From contig JAWCNV010000010.1 in NCBI GenBank assembly GCA_038848185.1, positions 1,361 through 65,360 on the forward strand: a stretch of 64,000 nucleotides of DNA. Reading direction: 5' to 3'. A model generated the notes under the pieces. It was given only the letters and a program-made list of their open reading frames with translations. It had not been told where the DNA came from and did no database searches. Below are positions 55,445-64,000 of the stretch, in pieces. Source of the DNA: Thermoproteota archaeon. Its GTDB lineage: Archaea > Thermoproteota > EX4484-205 > JAAOZP01. The position numbers were made by a program, and so were the translations under genes. The stretch's first letter is position 1. Each line of letters starts with the position of its first letter.

Positions 55445-55930
55445 TTGAGCATGAGGGTGTTGATAACCTACTACTCAAAAACTGGGAACACAGAAAGAAT
55501 GGCACGAGCTGTAGTGGCTGGGGTGAAGGAGGCTAAAGGGGTCATTGTTAAGCTTAAACGAGTTGAGAAAACTTCCTTGAAAGACCTGCTTGAGTCGGAC
55601 GTTATAATAGTAGGGTCTCCAACCTACTACGGGTTAATGGCTGCTCCTGTGAAAAGACTTTTGGATGAAAGCGTTAAGATACATGGGAAGCTTGAAGGAA
55701 AGGTTGGAGGTGCATTCACATCCTCGGGAGGAAGTGCAACAGGGGCTGAAACAACACTCATGTCGATATTGCAAGCCCTACTTGTCCACGGCATGATTAT
55801 CCAAGGGAATCCGGAGGACAAGCATTATGGGGTTGCTTGTGTGGGGAAACCGGGCAAGAAGGATCTTGAACAATGTATGAGGCTCGGTAAAAGACTTACT
55901 GTGCTAGCCTTACGTTTGATTAAAACCTGA
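55445..55930 (+). CDS. Flavodoxin-like FMN-binding protein (WrbA/NAD(P)H-quinone oxidoreductase-like)
   Basis: 161 aa; VLITYYSKTGNTERMA (flavodoxin phosphate-binding loop T/S-x-T-G-x-T), VIIVGSPTYYG. Confidence 0.8.
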   Translation: MSMRVLITYYSKTGNTERMARAVVAGVKEAKGVIVKLKRVEKTSLKDLLESDVIIVGSPTYYGLMAAPVKRLLDESVKIHGKLEGKVGGAFTSSGGSATGAETTLMSILQALLVHGMIIQGNPEDKHYGVACVGKPGKKDLEQCMRLGKRLTVLALRLIKT

Positions 55931-55943
55931 TTCTTTCTAAGCA

Positions 55944-56390
55944 TTATTTTCCAACAAGCTTTTCAGCAACTATTCTCGCAACTTCTTCGAGTAACAGTTT
56001 ATCCTCGTCGCTGAACGCATTTAAAAGATCACTGTCTACATCTATCTCTCCCATCACCCTCTCTCCGAAAACTATTGGGACAACAATTTCAGACTTGGTG
56101 GAGAGGAAGCACGCAATATATCTAGGTTCCTTACTAACATCAGGGACTATGACTGTTTCCCCTATTCGAGCAGCCAAGCCACAGATGCCCTCCCCCATCT
56201 TTATCCTAACATGCTCCGTCTCCTGCTCCCCGGAGAAAGCCCGCAAAACTAGGAAACCATCTTCCACCATGTATATCCCTACCCAAGAATAGTGTTTTCT
56301 AGATTCCCTAAGTATGTCTACAACCTTCTTCAGAAACTCGTCGTCCCTCTCAATGAATAACCCCCGGATCCTTTGTGTGACGCTGAACAT
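55944..56390 (-). CDS. GAF-domain protein (free methionine-(R)-sulfoxide reductase-like)
   Basis: 148 aa; GAF-type GEGICGLAARIGETVIVPDV and conserved Cys residues. Confidence 0.6.
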   Translation of the reverse strand: MFSVTQRIRGLFIERDDEFLKKVVDILRESRKHYSWVGIYMVEDGFLVLRAFSGEQETEHVRIKMGEGICGLAARIGETVIVPDVSKEPRYIACFLSTKSEIVVPIVFGERVMGEIDVDSDLLNAFSDEDKLLLEEVARIVAEKLVGK

Positions 56391-56513
56391 ACTATTCGTA
56401 TGAATGCTAACGTAGAAAAATCTTTTTTATCGAAGCTCTTTTCGTCTGTTCAATGCGTTTAAGCTCTTTGAGTAACCCTTATCGCTGAAGTGGATTCTAC
56501 ACTATGCCTTGTG

Positions 56514-56696
56514 CTAAATCTTCGATGCTTGTTCTCCCCGAGTCCCCCAGTTGCTTCTCGGCACATCATGAATAATTATGTTAAGCCATTCGGGTTTCAC
56601 GCCGATTTCCTCAAATGCTCTCGTTATGCCCTTTATGAGTTTCTCCTTCTGCTCCTCCGTGCGTCCCTCCCACATTTCAACTATGACAACAGGCAT
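56514..56696 (-). CDS. 4-oxalocrotonate tautomerase family protein
   Basis: Start trimmed to MPVVIVEMWEGRTEEQKEKLIKGITRAFEEIG (Pro-1 tautomerase hallmark MP.I.V...EGRT); 60 aa, the typical 4-OT size. The ORF-track N-terminal extension of 21 aa is not supported. Confidence 0.7.
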   Translation of the reverse strand: MPVVIVEMWEGRTEEQKEKLIKGITRAFEEIGVKPEWLNIIIHDVPRSNWGTRGEQASKI

Positions 56697-56793
56697 TTCA
56701 ACCACTGTATTTTTAATCTGCCACGACCGTATTAAAGGTTTGCGATTTACGCTAATCATTCTCCAGAATTTTAAAACTCTTAACGAGGACTTT

Positions 56794-57627
56794 TTATTGC
56801 ACTGAGATCGTTAATGTGCACGCATACCTTGTTTCACTCCATTCCGCATAGGGGAAATAGGCTTCGATAATGTAGATGCCGCTTTTTTCGAACACATAGT
56901 TATATTCTGCGTGAATCGTATTGCCTGGCATTAAAGTACGGGTTTGAACAACTTGAATGCATGATTTTTCGAAGTCTTGATCTGTTGGGAAAAGTTCAAT
57001 CCTCTCATTGTTTGGAGTCTGAAGATATACTTTGAAATCCGGAGAGCATGGCGTTGGAGATACATATGAGAAATTCTTCTGCATGGGATTCATAGCTGTT
57101 GGGAATATTTTCAGTGTTTCACCCCTGTTAACAACCAGCTTATCCGTCTTGAGATAAAACATTATCTCCCAGCAGCCTGATGCAAAACTATTCACTCCAC
57201 GCAATAGGCTAATGAAATACGCGAGTTCCTTAGGTGGTTCTCCACTAACATCCGTCCAGTAATAGGTTACCGTCCTACCATTACTATAAATACTCAGGTT
57301 GTAGATGAAGTAGTCCGCTCCACCTGTTGGTTCCAGTTTTAAGCCGTCGGGGTATGCTTTAAGAAGCAGGGTCATCCTACCTGCCAGTTCATCCAATAGT
57401 GGGCGAGGTATTACCGTGGAATTCTCCACATTTCTAGCTAGATCGCTGAAAACAACGCTACCGTTTGCATAACACTCAAATCTCTCCATCCTCGCCCAGA
57501 AACCGCCGGAAACAACCAGCTCCATGATTTTTCCACGATCTTTTTGAAAGCTGAATATCATTATGACTACTGCTCCAATCAGAATCATCACTGTTAAAGC
57601 CAAGAGATAGAGGTATGTTTTCATCAT
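56794..57627 (-). CDS. Hypothetical membrane-anchored (N-terminal TM) exported protein
   Basis: 277 aa; MMKTYLYLLALTVMILIGAVVIMIF anchor; no recognisable motifs. Confidence 0.45.
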   Translation of the reverse strand: MMKTYLYLLALTVMILIGAVVIMIFSFQKDRGKIMELVVSGGFWARMERFECYANGSVVFSDLARNVENSTVIPRPLLDELAGRMTLLLKAYPDGLKLEPTGGADYFIYNLSIYSNGRTVTYYWTDVSGEPPKELAYFISLLRGVNSFASGCWEIMFYLKTDKLVVNRGETLKIFPTAMNPMQKNFSYVSPTPCSPDFKVYLQTPNNERIELFPTDQDFEKSCIQVVQTRTLMPGNTIHAEYNYVFEKSGIYIIEAYFPYAEWSETRYACTLTISVQ

Positions 57628-57784
57628 ATTCGTGATAGTTCTTTCTCTTAAACAGTATTTATTACTATTCTTTAGAACAAGCTTAGGAAGAGTGTTCTAA
57701 AACTAGAACAGGCTCCTCTGTTAACTCTTTAGACACGCTTACTGCAAAAAACTTATTTTCTACCTGTGTATATCCCTCACTGGA

Positions 57785-58813
57785 TTGCTAGACATCCATC
57801 ATAAGGACGGGCTCCTGAAGGCTCTGGAAGGCTTTAAGACATTTACCTTAGAGAACGAGGCGGGGTCAACAGTTGTAACTGAATATGGGGCTAGAATACT
57901 GGGGGTATTTGCCGGAGGACGATCGAACCCGTTTTGGGTTCAAAGAAACCTGAGGGAGTTAGCCGGCAGAAAAGATTGGAATATTGGTGGCAACAGGCTT
58001 TGGATCTCTCCGGAAAGAAACTTCTTCTACAGGAAGCCAAGTAACTTTGAAGAATGGTTCTGCCAGCAATCACTTGACCCTGGCAGCTGGCGGGTCGAAA
58101 GCTCCAGCAAGAGTAGCGTTACGCTGGAGGAAGAGCTAGAGCTCGAAGACCTTTTCAACGAGACTAAGATTAGCCTCTCCTTATCTAGACAAGTTTCATC
58201 TTCAGGAATTAGGGTGAAGAAAGGTCTAGATTGCATCAAACTTAAGGTTAGGGAAGCAATGTTTGTAAGAGGCTGCCTCAAAAACGGTATAAACCTGTGG
58301 ACCCTTACGCAGATACGGCCAAGTGGCACAGTGTTAACACCGACGTGCCCAAAAGCTAAGCCGATACATTATTTTAGTAAGATACCTAGAGATAGGCTGA
58401 GGATCTCTCGAGACCATGTTTCATTCAAGATAGACGGGATGGCTGTCTACAAGCTTGGAATAATGCCGGAGAACATGGTTCAACCGGGCTCATCAAGCAT
58501 ACTTTACTACGTGGAGCATGGGGTTAACGATGTTTTCCTTATTTCGATGAAAACCATGATGGCTCCTGTGAGCCAAGAGGAGTGTCTGGATGTGGCTAGG
58601 GCTGATCCTTCAGGCCCAAGAGGATGCGTACAATCCTATAATTCTGGTTCAGACCTAGGATTCGGCGAAATTGAACTGCACTTCAAGCCTGCTGTAAAGG
58701 TTAAGGATTCCTGGATATCTTATGCTGACTATAATATAGATGTTTTCGCAGGCAAACGTGGAGAGGTATTGAGAATCTTGAGGAAAACTATTCCAAAGCC
58801 TTTCCTCTTCTGA
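57785..58813 (+). CDS. Hypothetical cytoplasmic protein
   Basis: 342 aa, long ORF with no recognised motifs; Ser-rich acidic linker (SSSKSSVTLEEELELED). Confidence 0.4.
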   Translation: MLDIHHKDGLLKALEGFKTFTLENEAGSTVVTEYGARILGVFAGGRSNPFWVQRNLRELAGRKDWNIGGNRLWISPERNFFYRKPSNFEEWFCQQSLDPGSWRVESSSKSSVTLEEELELEDLFNETKISLSLSRQVSSSGIRVKKGLDCIKLKVREAMFVRGCLKNGINLWTLTQIRPSGTVLTPTCPKAKPIHYFSKIPRDRLRISRDHVSFKIDGMAVYKLGIMPENMVQPGSSSILYYVEHGVNDVFLISMKTMMAPVSQEECLDVARADPSGPRGCVQSYNSGSDLGFGEIELHFKPAVKVKDSWISYADYNIDVFAGKRGEVLRILRKTIPKPFLF

Positions 58814-58848
58814 AGACCTCAGATTCCAGTTTGATGAGACTGTTTTAA

Positions 58849-59661
58849 TTATTGGCTGTTGAAGTCGTGCAAAACGTATTTTATCTCGTTTTTCTCAACC
58901 CAGCATTCGAGTAGGTTATTGTTCTTCAACGGAATCCAGTTTCCCATAAAAGTTTTCTCAGAAGCTACTGTAAGGTTATCCACATCAGGGTTGAAGCACA
59001 TTTCGAACACTGGAGAGTCCCCGTAGCATATGGATTTTCCAGGGTTAGTTAAATATCTCGTAAATGCGTAAAGCTTCTCCCCGTCTGAGAATATTGTGTT
59101 CAGACTAGTGAATGGGGCTTCGAACCTGCTAGGCTTCTCTTCTAGAAATATTTCCATCAAGGTTTTTTCAACAGTCCTGAAAGCAGTGACTATGTCTTTC
59201 TCCTTCTCGATTAAGCTGAGCAGTAGGTAGAAATATGCTTCACTATCATTATAGCTTTTTACCAGCCCCCCATAGGAGCCGAGTCTCTTAATCACTTCAT
59301 CAGGTATATTAATCGAACCATTATGCACCAAAAGATAGTTTAAATAATGGAATGGCTGAGAGTTCTCAGGCGATATCAATTTTTCACGCGGCAATCCTCT
59401 AGGGTTACTGGCCTTCCTCACATGGGCAATTATTATCCTGCCCCTGGTGGATTTAACAACCTCCTCAAACCTGTCTTCCTCCTCATATACTGCTTTTTCA
59501 GACTTGAATACGATGGGAACCCGCCCGGCGTAGAAACCTATTCCCCACCCGTCTGACTGCTTACCCTTAACCGCCTGCTTAAAAATAGCACACTCCGCCT
59601 CCAGCAGATGGTTTTCAACACTACCGGTTCCAACGAAAATCGCGCCTAGGAGCCTACACAT
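58849..59661 (-). CDS. Class II (Ntn) glutamine amidotransferase domain protein (YafJ/EgtC-like)
   Basis: 270 aa; N-terminal MCRLLGAIF (Cys-2 nucleophile after Met removal), GWGIGFY, HVRKAS motifs. Confidence 0.7.
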   Translation of the reverse strand: MCRLLGAIFVGTGSVENHLLEAECAIFKQAVKGKQSDGWGIGFYAGRVPIVFKSEKAVYEEEDRFEEVVKSTRGRIIIAHVRKASNPRGLPREKLISPENSQPFHYLNYLLVHNGSINIPDEVIKRLGSYGGLVKSYNDSEAYFYLLLSLIEKEKDIVTAFRTVEKTLMEIFLEEKPSRFEAPFTSLNTIFSDGEKLYAFTRYLTNPGKSICYGDSPVFEMCFNPDVDNLTVASEKTFMGNWIPLKNNNLLECWVEKNEIKYVLHDFNSQ

Positions 59662-59710
59662 AGCTCTGCATCTCTGTGAAACATTATTTATGCGTTTTCA
59701 CGAGGATTCT

Positions 59711-60385
59711 TCAAATTCTTCCAGACACCCACATGACCGCGTTCTTCAAAATTTTCAACACGTTTCTATTTCTGAAAGTAGGGTAAGTCTCGTGCCCAGG
59801 TCTAAAGTAGAAGACCCTGCCCTTCCCTACTTTCCATGTTAAACCCGATCTGAAAACCGCGCCGTCAGCTTCAAAAACCGAGATGAAAACCGTGTCCTGA
59901 GGCTTCGGCACTGCAAAGGGCTCACCATACATCTCCTCGCTTTTTAAAACAAAGTCTTTAATCCCTCTGGCTATAGGGTGCTTCCTGTTGAAGACATGTA
60001 TTAGCTCTGGTAAACCATCCTCCCTCCAGCTGCCTAAGCCACAGTCCGTGCCTAAGAGTGTCTTAAATGGCTTTGAGAAATGAGCTGAGTGCAAGGCTAT
60101 GAAACCCATCCCGTTCTCCCTAACTTTTTTAACAATATTTTCAACCTTATCATCATTCACCTCGCTATGCTTCATGTGACCCCACCATACAAGTACGTCC
60201 ACAGGCTTCAAGAGTTCTAGGCTAAGGCCCTGATCAGGATCGTTTAAACCGGATGCTCTTGCCTCCATCCCTTGAGAATTAAGGAAGGATGCGATAGCCC
60301 CATTTATGCCGTTTGGATAAGACTGTTCAGGCTCAGTCCTCTCAGACCATACTAGAACGCGTATTCTCCCTTTTTTAGACGGCAT
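59711..60385 (-). CDS. ThuA-like protein (GATase1-like fold, 'trehalose utilisation' family)
   Basis: 224 aa; RVLVWSE...DVLVWWGHMKHSEV...IALHSA pattern resembling the ThuA domain. Confidence 0.5.
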   Translation of the reverse strand: MPSKKGRIRVLVWSERTEPEQSYPNGINGAIASFLNSQGMEARASGLNDPDQGLSLELLKPVDVLVWWGHMKHSEVNDDKVENIVKKVRENGMGFIALHSAHFSKPFKTLLGTDCGLGSWREDGLPELIHVFNRKHPIARGIKDFVLKSEEMYGEPFAVPKPQDTVFISVFEADGAVFRSGLTWKVGKGRVFYFRPGHETYPTFRNRNVLKILKNAVMWVSGRI

Positions 60386-60448
60386 GGTTAAGCCTGTCTT
60401 AACTTGGTAAAAAGTTTTTTGGAAACATTTGCTCTTCTCTGCTCTAAT

Positions 60449-62392
60449 CTACTTGCTTAGGGGAGACAAGTGGGCTACGTAACCTCCGCCTGAAGCCATC
60501 TTCGCCACGAGCATATCTTTAGAAGATACTTCAAGCTTATACTTGCGGACTCTGTCAGGATAATCATCTGCGTCTGGAGCATCTTCAAAAATAAGTGCAA
60601 CATACCTAGCGTCATCGAGGAAACTCAATGGTATTTTGAGGGTTCTAGCCTCCCAGTTGGTCATGCTTCCTATGAACCAGTCTGAGCCATGCTTTCTTGC
60701 AATAGTTATGTACTCGCCGACCTCGCCGTTTATGACCTTAGTTTCATCCCATGTAGTTGGAACTATCTTCAGAAACTCTAGACCTGGTTGGCCTCGATAA
60801 TTATAGGGTGAGTCGCAGAGGACCTGAAGCGGGCTCTCATATACGACTAGCATTGCCAGCTGATGGCAGCGTGTACCCATTACGAATGGAGCTGTGCTCT
60901 GAGGCTTGAAGGTTGTCTTAGTTGCGTGGCGGAAACCACCCGGAGTAAAATCCATGGGTCCTGCCAGCATTCTTGTAAAAGGTATTGTCGCAGTATGTTC
61001 GGGAGTGACAAGGTCACTCCACTTGTTATACTCATTACCCAAAACTCCTTCACGCGTTATCAGATTGGGGTATGTTCTTCGAAAGCCGTCAGGCTTATAC
61101 GCACCGTGAAAATCTACGATCAGGTGGTGTTCAGCAGCCTTTCTAACAACCCTATGGTAGAAGTTTACCATCTCCTGGTCATCGCGATCCATGAAGTCTA
61201 TCTTAACCCCAGCAATTCCCCATTTCTCGTAGAGCGGAAATGCTTCATCAATCTTTCTCTCAATATCTTTCCAGTAGAGCCAGATTAGTATTCTAACATT
61301 CCTTTTCCCAGCAAACCTGATGAGTTCATTAAGATCTAGCTCTGGAATACTTTTCGTGACGTCTGCATTCGGGTTATTAGGCTCACCGTACCATCCTGCG
61401 TCTACAAGCGTGTATTCAAAACCCATTTCGGCAGCAAACTCCACGAAATACTTCATTGTTTCAGTATTCATCCCTATTTTGAACTTCGCGTCAGGAATAT
61501 AGCCGCCGCACCACCAATCCCACGTTGCCCTACCGGGCTTAATCCAAGAAACATCTTTTATTGCGCATGGCTCGTTGAGGTTCAGGATAATGTTGGACTC
61601 TATGAGGTCACCGGGCTTCTGCCCAATCATGATTACTCTCCACGGCGAGTAGCGGGGTGTTGTTGAACGCACTAAAACCCCTGGCTCATCCAGACGAGGT
61701 GAAAGAGTTGAAACAAGAGCGTAGGGTTTAACACCTGTCCCCGCAAGATACATTCCCGCCCAGTCAGTTATGTTTGCCTCAGCTATCGCAACCCATCTAG
61801 TCTCATCCACTTTAATAAGCAATGGTAATCCTATTATTGAAGAAGGCAGTATTTGACTCAGAGTCTTCTTCTCGAAAACAGCCTCCTGAGAAGAAATGTA
61901 GGAACCGTAGTTTGCCATCCAAACAGCGTGGTTTGATGCGAAATGGAATTCTGAACGCTCGTTGACAAGCCTGAAAACCTCCATCCCCGGCTGCTTCGGA
62001 AGAAAATAGCGGAAAGCTACCCCATCGTTATAGGCACGGAAAAACAGCTCTAGGCTTCTATTAGGCTCCTCTTCCTCCTTAAGCCAGAGATGCAGCTCAT
62101 TACACAGGTTTAAGACGTTTCTACACTTACCATGGACTGTCTGCCAACTCTCGTTTACTGCCCTCCTCTCCTCTTTCACCAAGACTAGGTTTCTAGCTAA
62201 AGGCGGCGAATCCTTGAAATCCACACCGAGCGGAGAGTCTAACAGTATCTCCTTATCCTTGAAGACAATCGAGTAGTATAGACGCTTACCAGAAGGATAA
62301 GGTTCAATCCTTTCTCTCAAAGAAATGTTAACTTTCACCTGTTCATCAGGAGATGAAACACTTGTTGATTGCAAACCTGGAGCCTGCTTCAT
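60449..62392 (-). CDS. Glycoside hydrolase family 97-like alpha-glycosidase
   Basis: 647 aa; central TIM-barrel with FEYTLVDAGWY and GVKIDFMDRDDQEMVNFY (resembling the GH97 KVDFM.RDDQ block, recalled from memory), REGVLGNEY; first gene of the GH97 - ThuA-like - GATase II operon. Confidence 0.55.
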   Translation of the reverse strand: MKQAPGLQSTSVSSPDEQVKVNISLRERIEPYPSGKRLYYSIVFKDKEILLDSPLGVDFKDSPPLARNLVLVKEERRAVNESWQTVHGKCRNVLNLCNELHLWLKEEEEPNRSLELFFRAYNDGVAFRYFLPKQPGMEVFRLVNERSEFHFASNHAVWMANYGSYISSQEAVFEKKTLSQILPSSIIGLPLLIKVDETRWVAIAEANITDWAGMYLAGTGVKPYALVSTLSPRLDEPGVLVRSTTPRYSPWRVIMIGQKPGDLIESNIILNLNEPCAIKDVSWIKPGRATWDWWCGGYIPDAKFKIGMNTETMKYFVEFAAEMGFEYTLVDAGWYGEPNNPNADVTKSIPELDLNELIRFAGKRNVRILIWLYWKDIERKIDEAFPLYEKWGIAGVKIDFMDRDDQEMVNFYHRVVRKAAEHHLIVDFHGAYKPDGFRRTYPNLITREGVLGNEYNKWSDLVTPEHTATIPFTRMLAGPMDFTPGGFRHATKTTFKPQSTAPFVMGTRCHQLAMLVVYESPLQVLCDSPYNYRGQPGLEFLKIVPTTWDETKVINGEVGEYITIARKHGSDWFIGSMTNWEARTLKIPLSFLDDARYVALIFEDAPDADDYPDRVRKYKLEVSSKDMLVAKMASGGGYVAHLSPLSK

Positions 62393-62504
62393 CTACCGCT
62401 CATCATGCTGGACGTATTCAAAACCTGTATTAAAATCTAAGCCACTCAACAAATTACTTTAAAACAGTAAGTTTTTATATGCCGGCATCAGTTTTACAAA
62501 TATC

Positions 62505-62771
62505 ATGGTTGAGCTTGTATCTATAGTAGGGCTGATAATAGGGGTTGCAATAGGCTACGTTATAGCGAAGGCTCTTAAAGTCGCCATCATAGTCGGGCTG
62601 ATAATAGTTGTTTTAGCATACTTGGGGGTCACGGTTGTTTCGAGAAGCCAGTTTGAAGACTTCCTAAGAATCATAATGCCAGCACTCGAATGGATCAAGG
62701 CCTTCATAGAGTCGTCGCAATTGTTTGCAATAGGCCTGTTAATCGGGTTCGCAATCGGGCTTCTAAAGTAA
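62505..62771 (+). CDS. Small membrane protein (3 TM), unknown function
   Basis: 88 aa hydrophobic ORF with Gly/Ile/Ala-rich helices. Confidence 0.4.
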   Translation: MVELVSIVGLIIGVAIGYVIAKALKVAIIVGLIIVVLAYLGVTVVSRSQFEDFLRIIMPALEWIKAFIESSQLFAIGLLIGFAIGLLK

Positions 62772-62888
62772 AAATAAACATCATTTGATTAAGACATATT
62801 TCCAAGCATCGGGTTTTAGTTTAAGCAGTTTCTAAAAACCTCAGACTACACTGCTTTATGACGGTGTGCATACTCATAGCCATTTGGC

Positions 62889-62906
62889 AGCACATTATAA
62901 TGTGCT
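62889..62906. promoter_or_regulatory. 18-bp perfect palindrome AGCACATTATAATGTGCT (candidate dimeric regulator operator)
   Basis: Read directly; its reverse complement is identical; lies in a 325-nt intergenic region about 190 nt upstream of the 63097 gene. Confidence 0.35.
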
Positions 62907-63096
62907 ACTCTGGTTTAAGCACTTAATGTTTATATGTTTATTAAACAAGTGAATGTCGGAATTCGACGTTTAATCTTCTATTTAAACATATCTTTCAGAA
63001 TCATTTCAGAATTGTTTCTGAAAGGTCCAGACCCATAGACCATCACAACACTTATATCTCTCTAACGGGAGAACCCCGAGGGGTGATGTTAGGGAT

Positions 63097-63471
63097 ATGA
63101 ATATGAGGGTTGAAAACCCTGATAAGAATTACAGGAGAAGAATAATGGTGACAGTGCTACTGATCAGCATTATCTTCTCCTTAAGCGTAATAATTGTCAT
63201 AGCTGTTCACCTTTCTGAACGCAAGGAAGCAACTAGTGCCCGCGGAGTATGGCGTTACGCGTCTGTAAGTGCGGACAGAGGAGCAGACGGGAAATTGTAT
63301 AACATTTACCATGGGTATGGTTACGCTCCGCCCTGCACACCTATGCCAGTCCAACAGTTACCCAGCTACAATCATACTTCAACATATGCATGGACAAGAC
63401 AGCGTATTAAAGTATATATTAATAATCAGTGGGTAGATGATCCTCCTGAGCTATACGTAGACATACCTTGA
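63097..63471 (+). CDS. Hypothetical protein with N-terminal TM anchor
   Basis: 124 aa; MVTVLLISIIFSLSVIIVIAV anchor; Tyr/Trp-rich C-terminal region. Confidence 0.4.
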   Translation: MNMRVENPDKNYRRRIMVTVLLISIIFSLSVIIVIAVHLSERKEATSARGVWRYASVSADRGADGKLYNIYHGYGYAPPCTPMPVQQLPSYNHTSTYAWTRQRIKVYINNQWVDDPPELYVDIP

Positions 63472-63518
63472 GGACTCAGCTTCTCCTTCTTCTTTTTTTA
63501 TTTTTCTCGTTGCTCTTA

Positions 63519-64000
63519 ATGTCGCCTGAGCGTTCCAGTGCCCAGGTCAGGTTTGACTGGATTAAACCAGGCTCCTACGCAGTCTACGAGTTGAGCACCC
63601 TCTTCCTCGTCAAGCTTAATGAAACCAGTTACTGGTATTATCTTTCTTCTGAGGATTTGCGCGAGCTTTATCCTGAGGCCACTATTGCCCACTACGGCTT
63701 CGAGATTCTTGAGGTTGAAGATGGGTATGCCCTGCTCAGAGTCTGGCTTAACGAGAGCATTGTGCTGCCACGGATATTCAACACCTCCAGCTTAAGCTGC
63801 CTAGTCTGGGTTGACATTGAAACCAGGGATCTTGTTGACAGGGAGACTGGCGAGGTCTGGGGTAAGTGCCCCTTCTGGATCTACCCGGATGAGGCTGGGA
63901 GGAAGGATGTGGTAGCTTTAACAGACTTCCTGGGGAAGAGGATAGTGTGGGACAACATAACGATATGGAGCGAGTGGGCTAAGAGCCACGGAGTAAAGGA
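63519..64000 (+). CDS. Hypothetical protein, 5' fragment (continues beyond window)
   Basis: ATG 63519 opens a 160-codon frame with no stop to the window end (MSPERSSAQVRFDWIKPGSYAVYELSTLFLV...). Confidence 0.35.
   Translation, partial: MSPERSSAQVRFDWIKPGSYAVYELSTLFLVKLNETSYWYYLSSEDLRELYPEATIAHYGFEILEVEDGYALLRVWLNESIVLPRIFNTSSLSCLVWVDIETRDLVDRETGEVWGKCPFWIYPDEAGRKDVVALTDFLGKRIVWDNITIWSEWAKSHGVK

Noticed and set aside
56697-56759. 21-aa N-terminal extension of the 4-OT tautomerase ORF
   Set aside because: The 4-OT family requires Pro-1 after Met removal, so the internal MPVVIV start is the functional one.
1-64000. tRNA, rRNA or other structured RNA genes
   Set aside because: No intergenic stretch shows the GTGGTAG/TTCGAATC-type conserved tRNA boxes or rRNA-like segments by eye. 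tRNAscan-SE or Infernal would be needed to be sure.

Overview
This window looks archaeal, roughly 45-47% GC. It carries a TACK/Crenarchaeota-type ribosomal protein L13e gene, a nurA-herA-mre11-rad50 operon, and TATA-box promoters about 25-35 nt upstream of starts (several leaderless-like) with T-tract terminators. Outside the two cassettes the genes are ordinary: an ABC-2 exporter fragment, YjbQ, a GH4 AglA-like alpha-glucosidase, a PHP phosphoesterase, rpl13e, a radical SAM enzyme, RraA-like, PPC/DUF296 and CutA proteins, a C45 Ntn-hydrolase, a flavodoxin-like protein, a GAF protein, a 4-OT tautomerase, and a GH97 - ThuA-like - class-II glutamine amidotransferase operon. The dominant feature is a pair of anciently duplicated multi-gene membrane-protein cassettes on opposite strands, 11397-24760 (+) and 33529-47749 (-). 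They flank an island of intracellular glycoside hydrolases: an AGE-family epimerase, a GH5, a GH42-like enzyme and a GH3. Each cassette encodes two giant membrane proteins (about 1550 and 1010 aa) with the same layout: a signal peptide, a large ectodomain, 3 TM helices, a complete MacB/FtsX-type 4-TM permease unit, and a conserved roughly 170-aa cytoplasmic C-terminal domain with no ATPase motifs. In the larger protein the ectodomain is a PA domain plus a catalytically degenerate M28-peptidase-like domain, as in transferrin receptor and PSMA. In the smaller one it is a carboxypeptidase-regulatory-like domain. Each cassette also has two Trp-rich polytopic membrane proteins (626/654 aa and 683/657 aa) that share an E-x-L-(P/E)-(F/Y)-P motif, and C-terminally TM-anchored secreted proteins. 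One of these, the 558-aa protein, fuses the surface-protein paralog domain through Pro/Thr linkers to a CBM-like beta-sandwich. The same beta-sandwich is inserted into a membrane-anchored GH5-like enzyme elsewhere in the window. I found no ABC ATPase inside either cassette. My reading is an apparently undescribed, ATPase-less FtsX-fold envelope system of archaea, probably for glycan capture or processing. All calls rest on motif recognition by eye; no database searches could be run.
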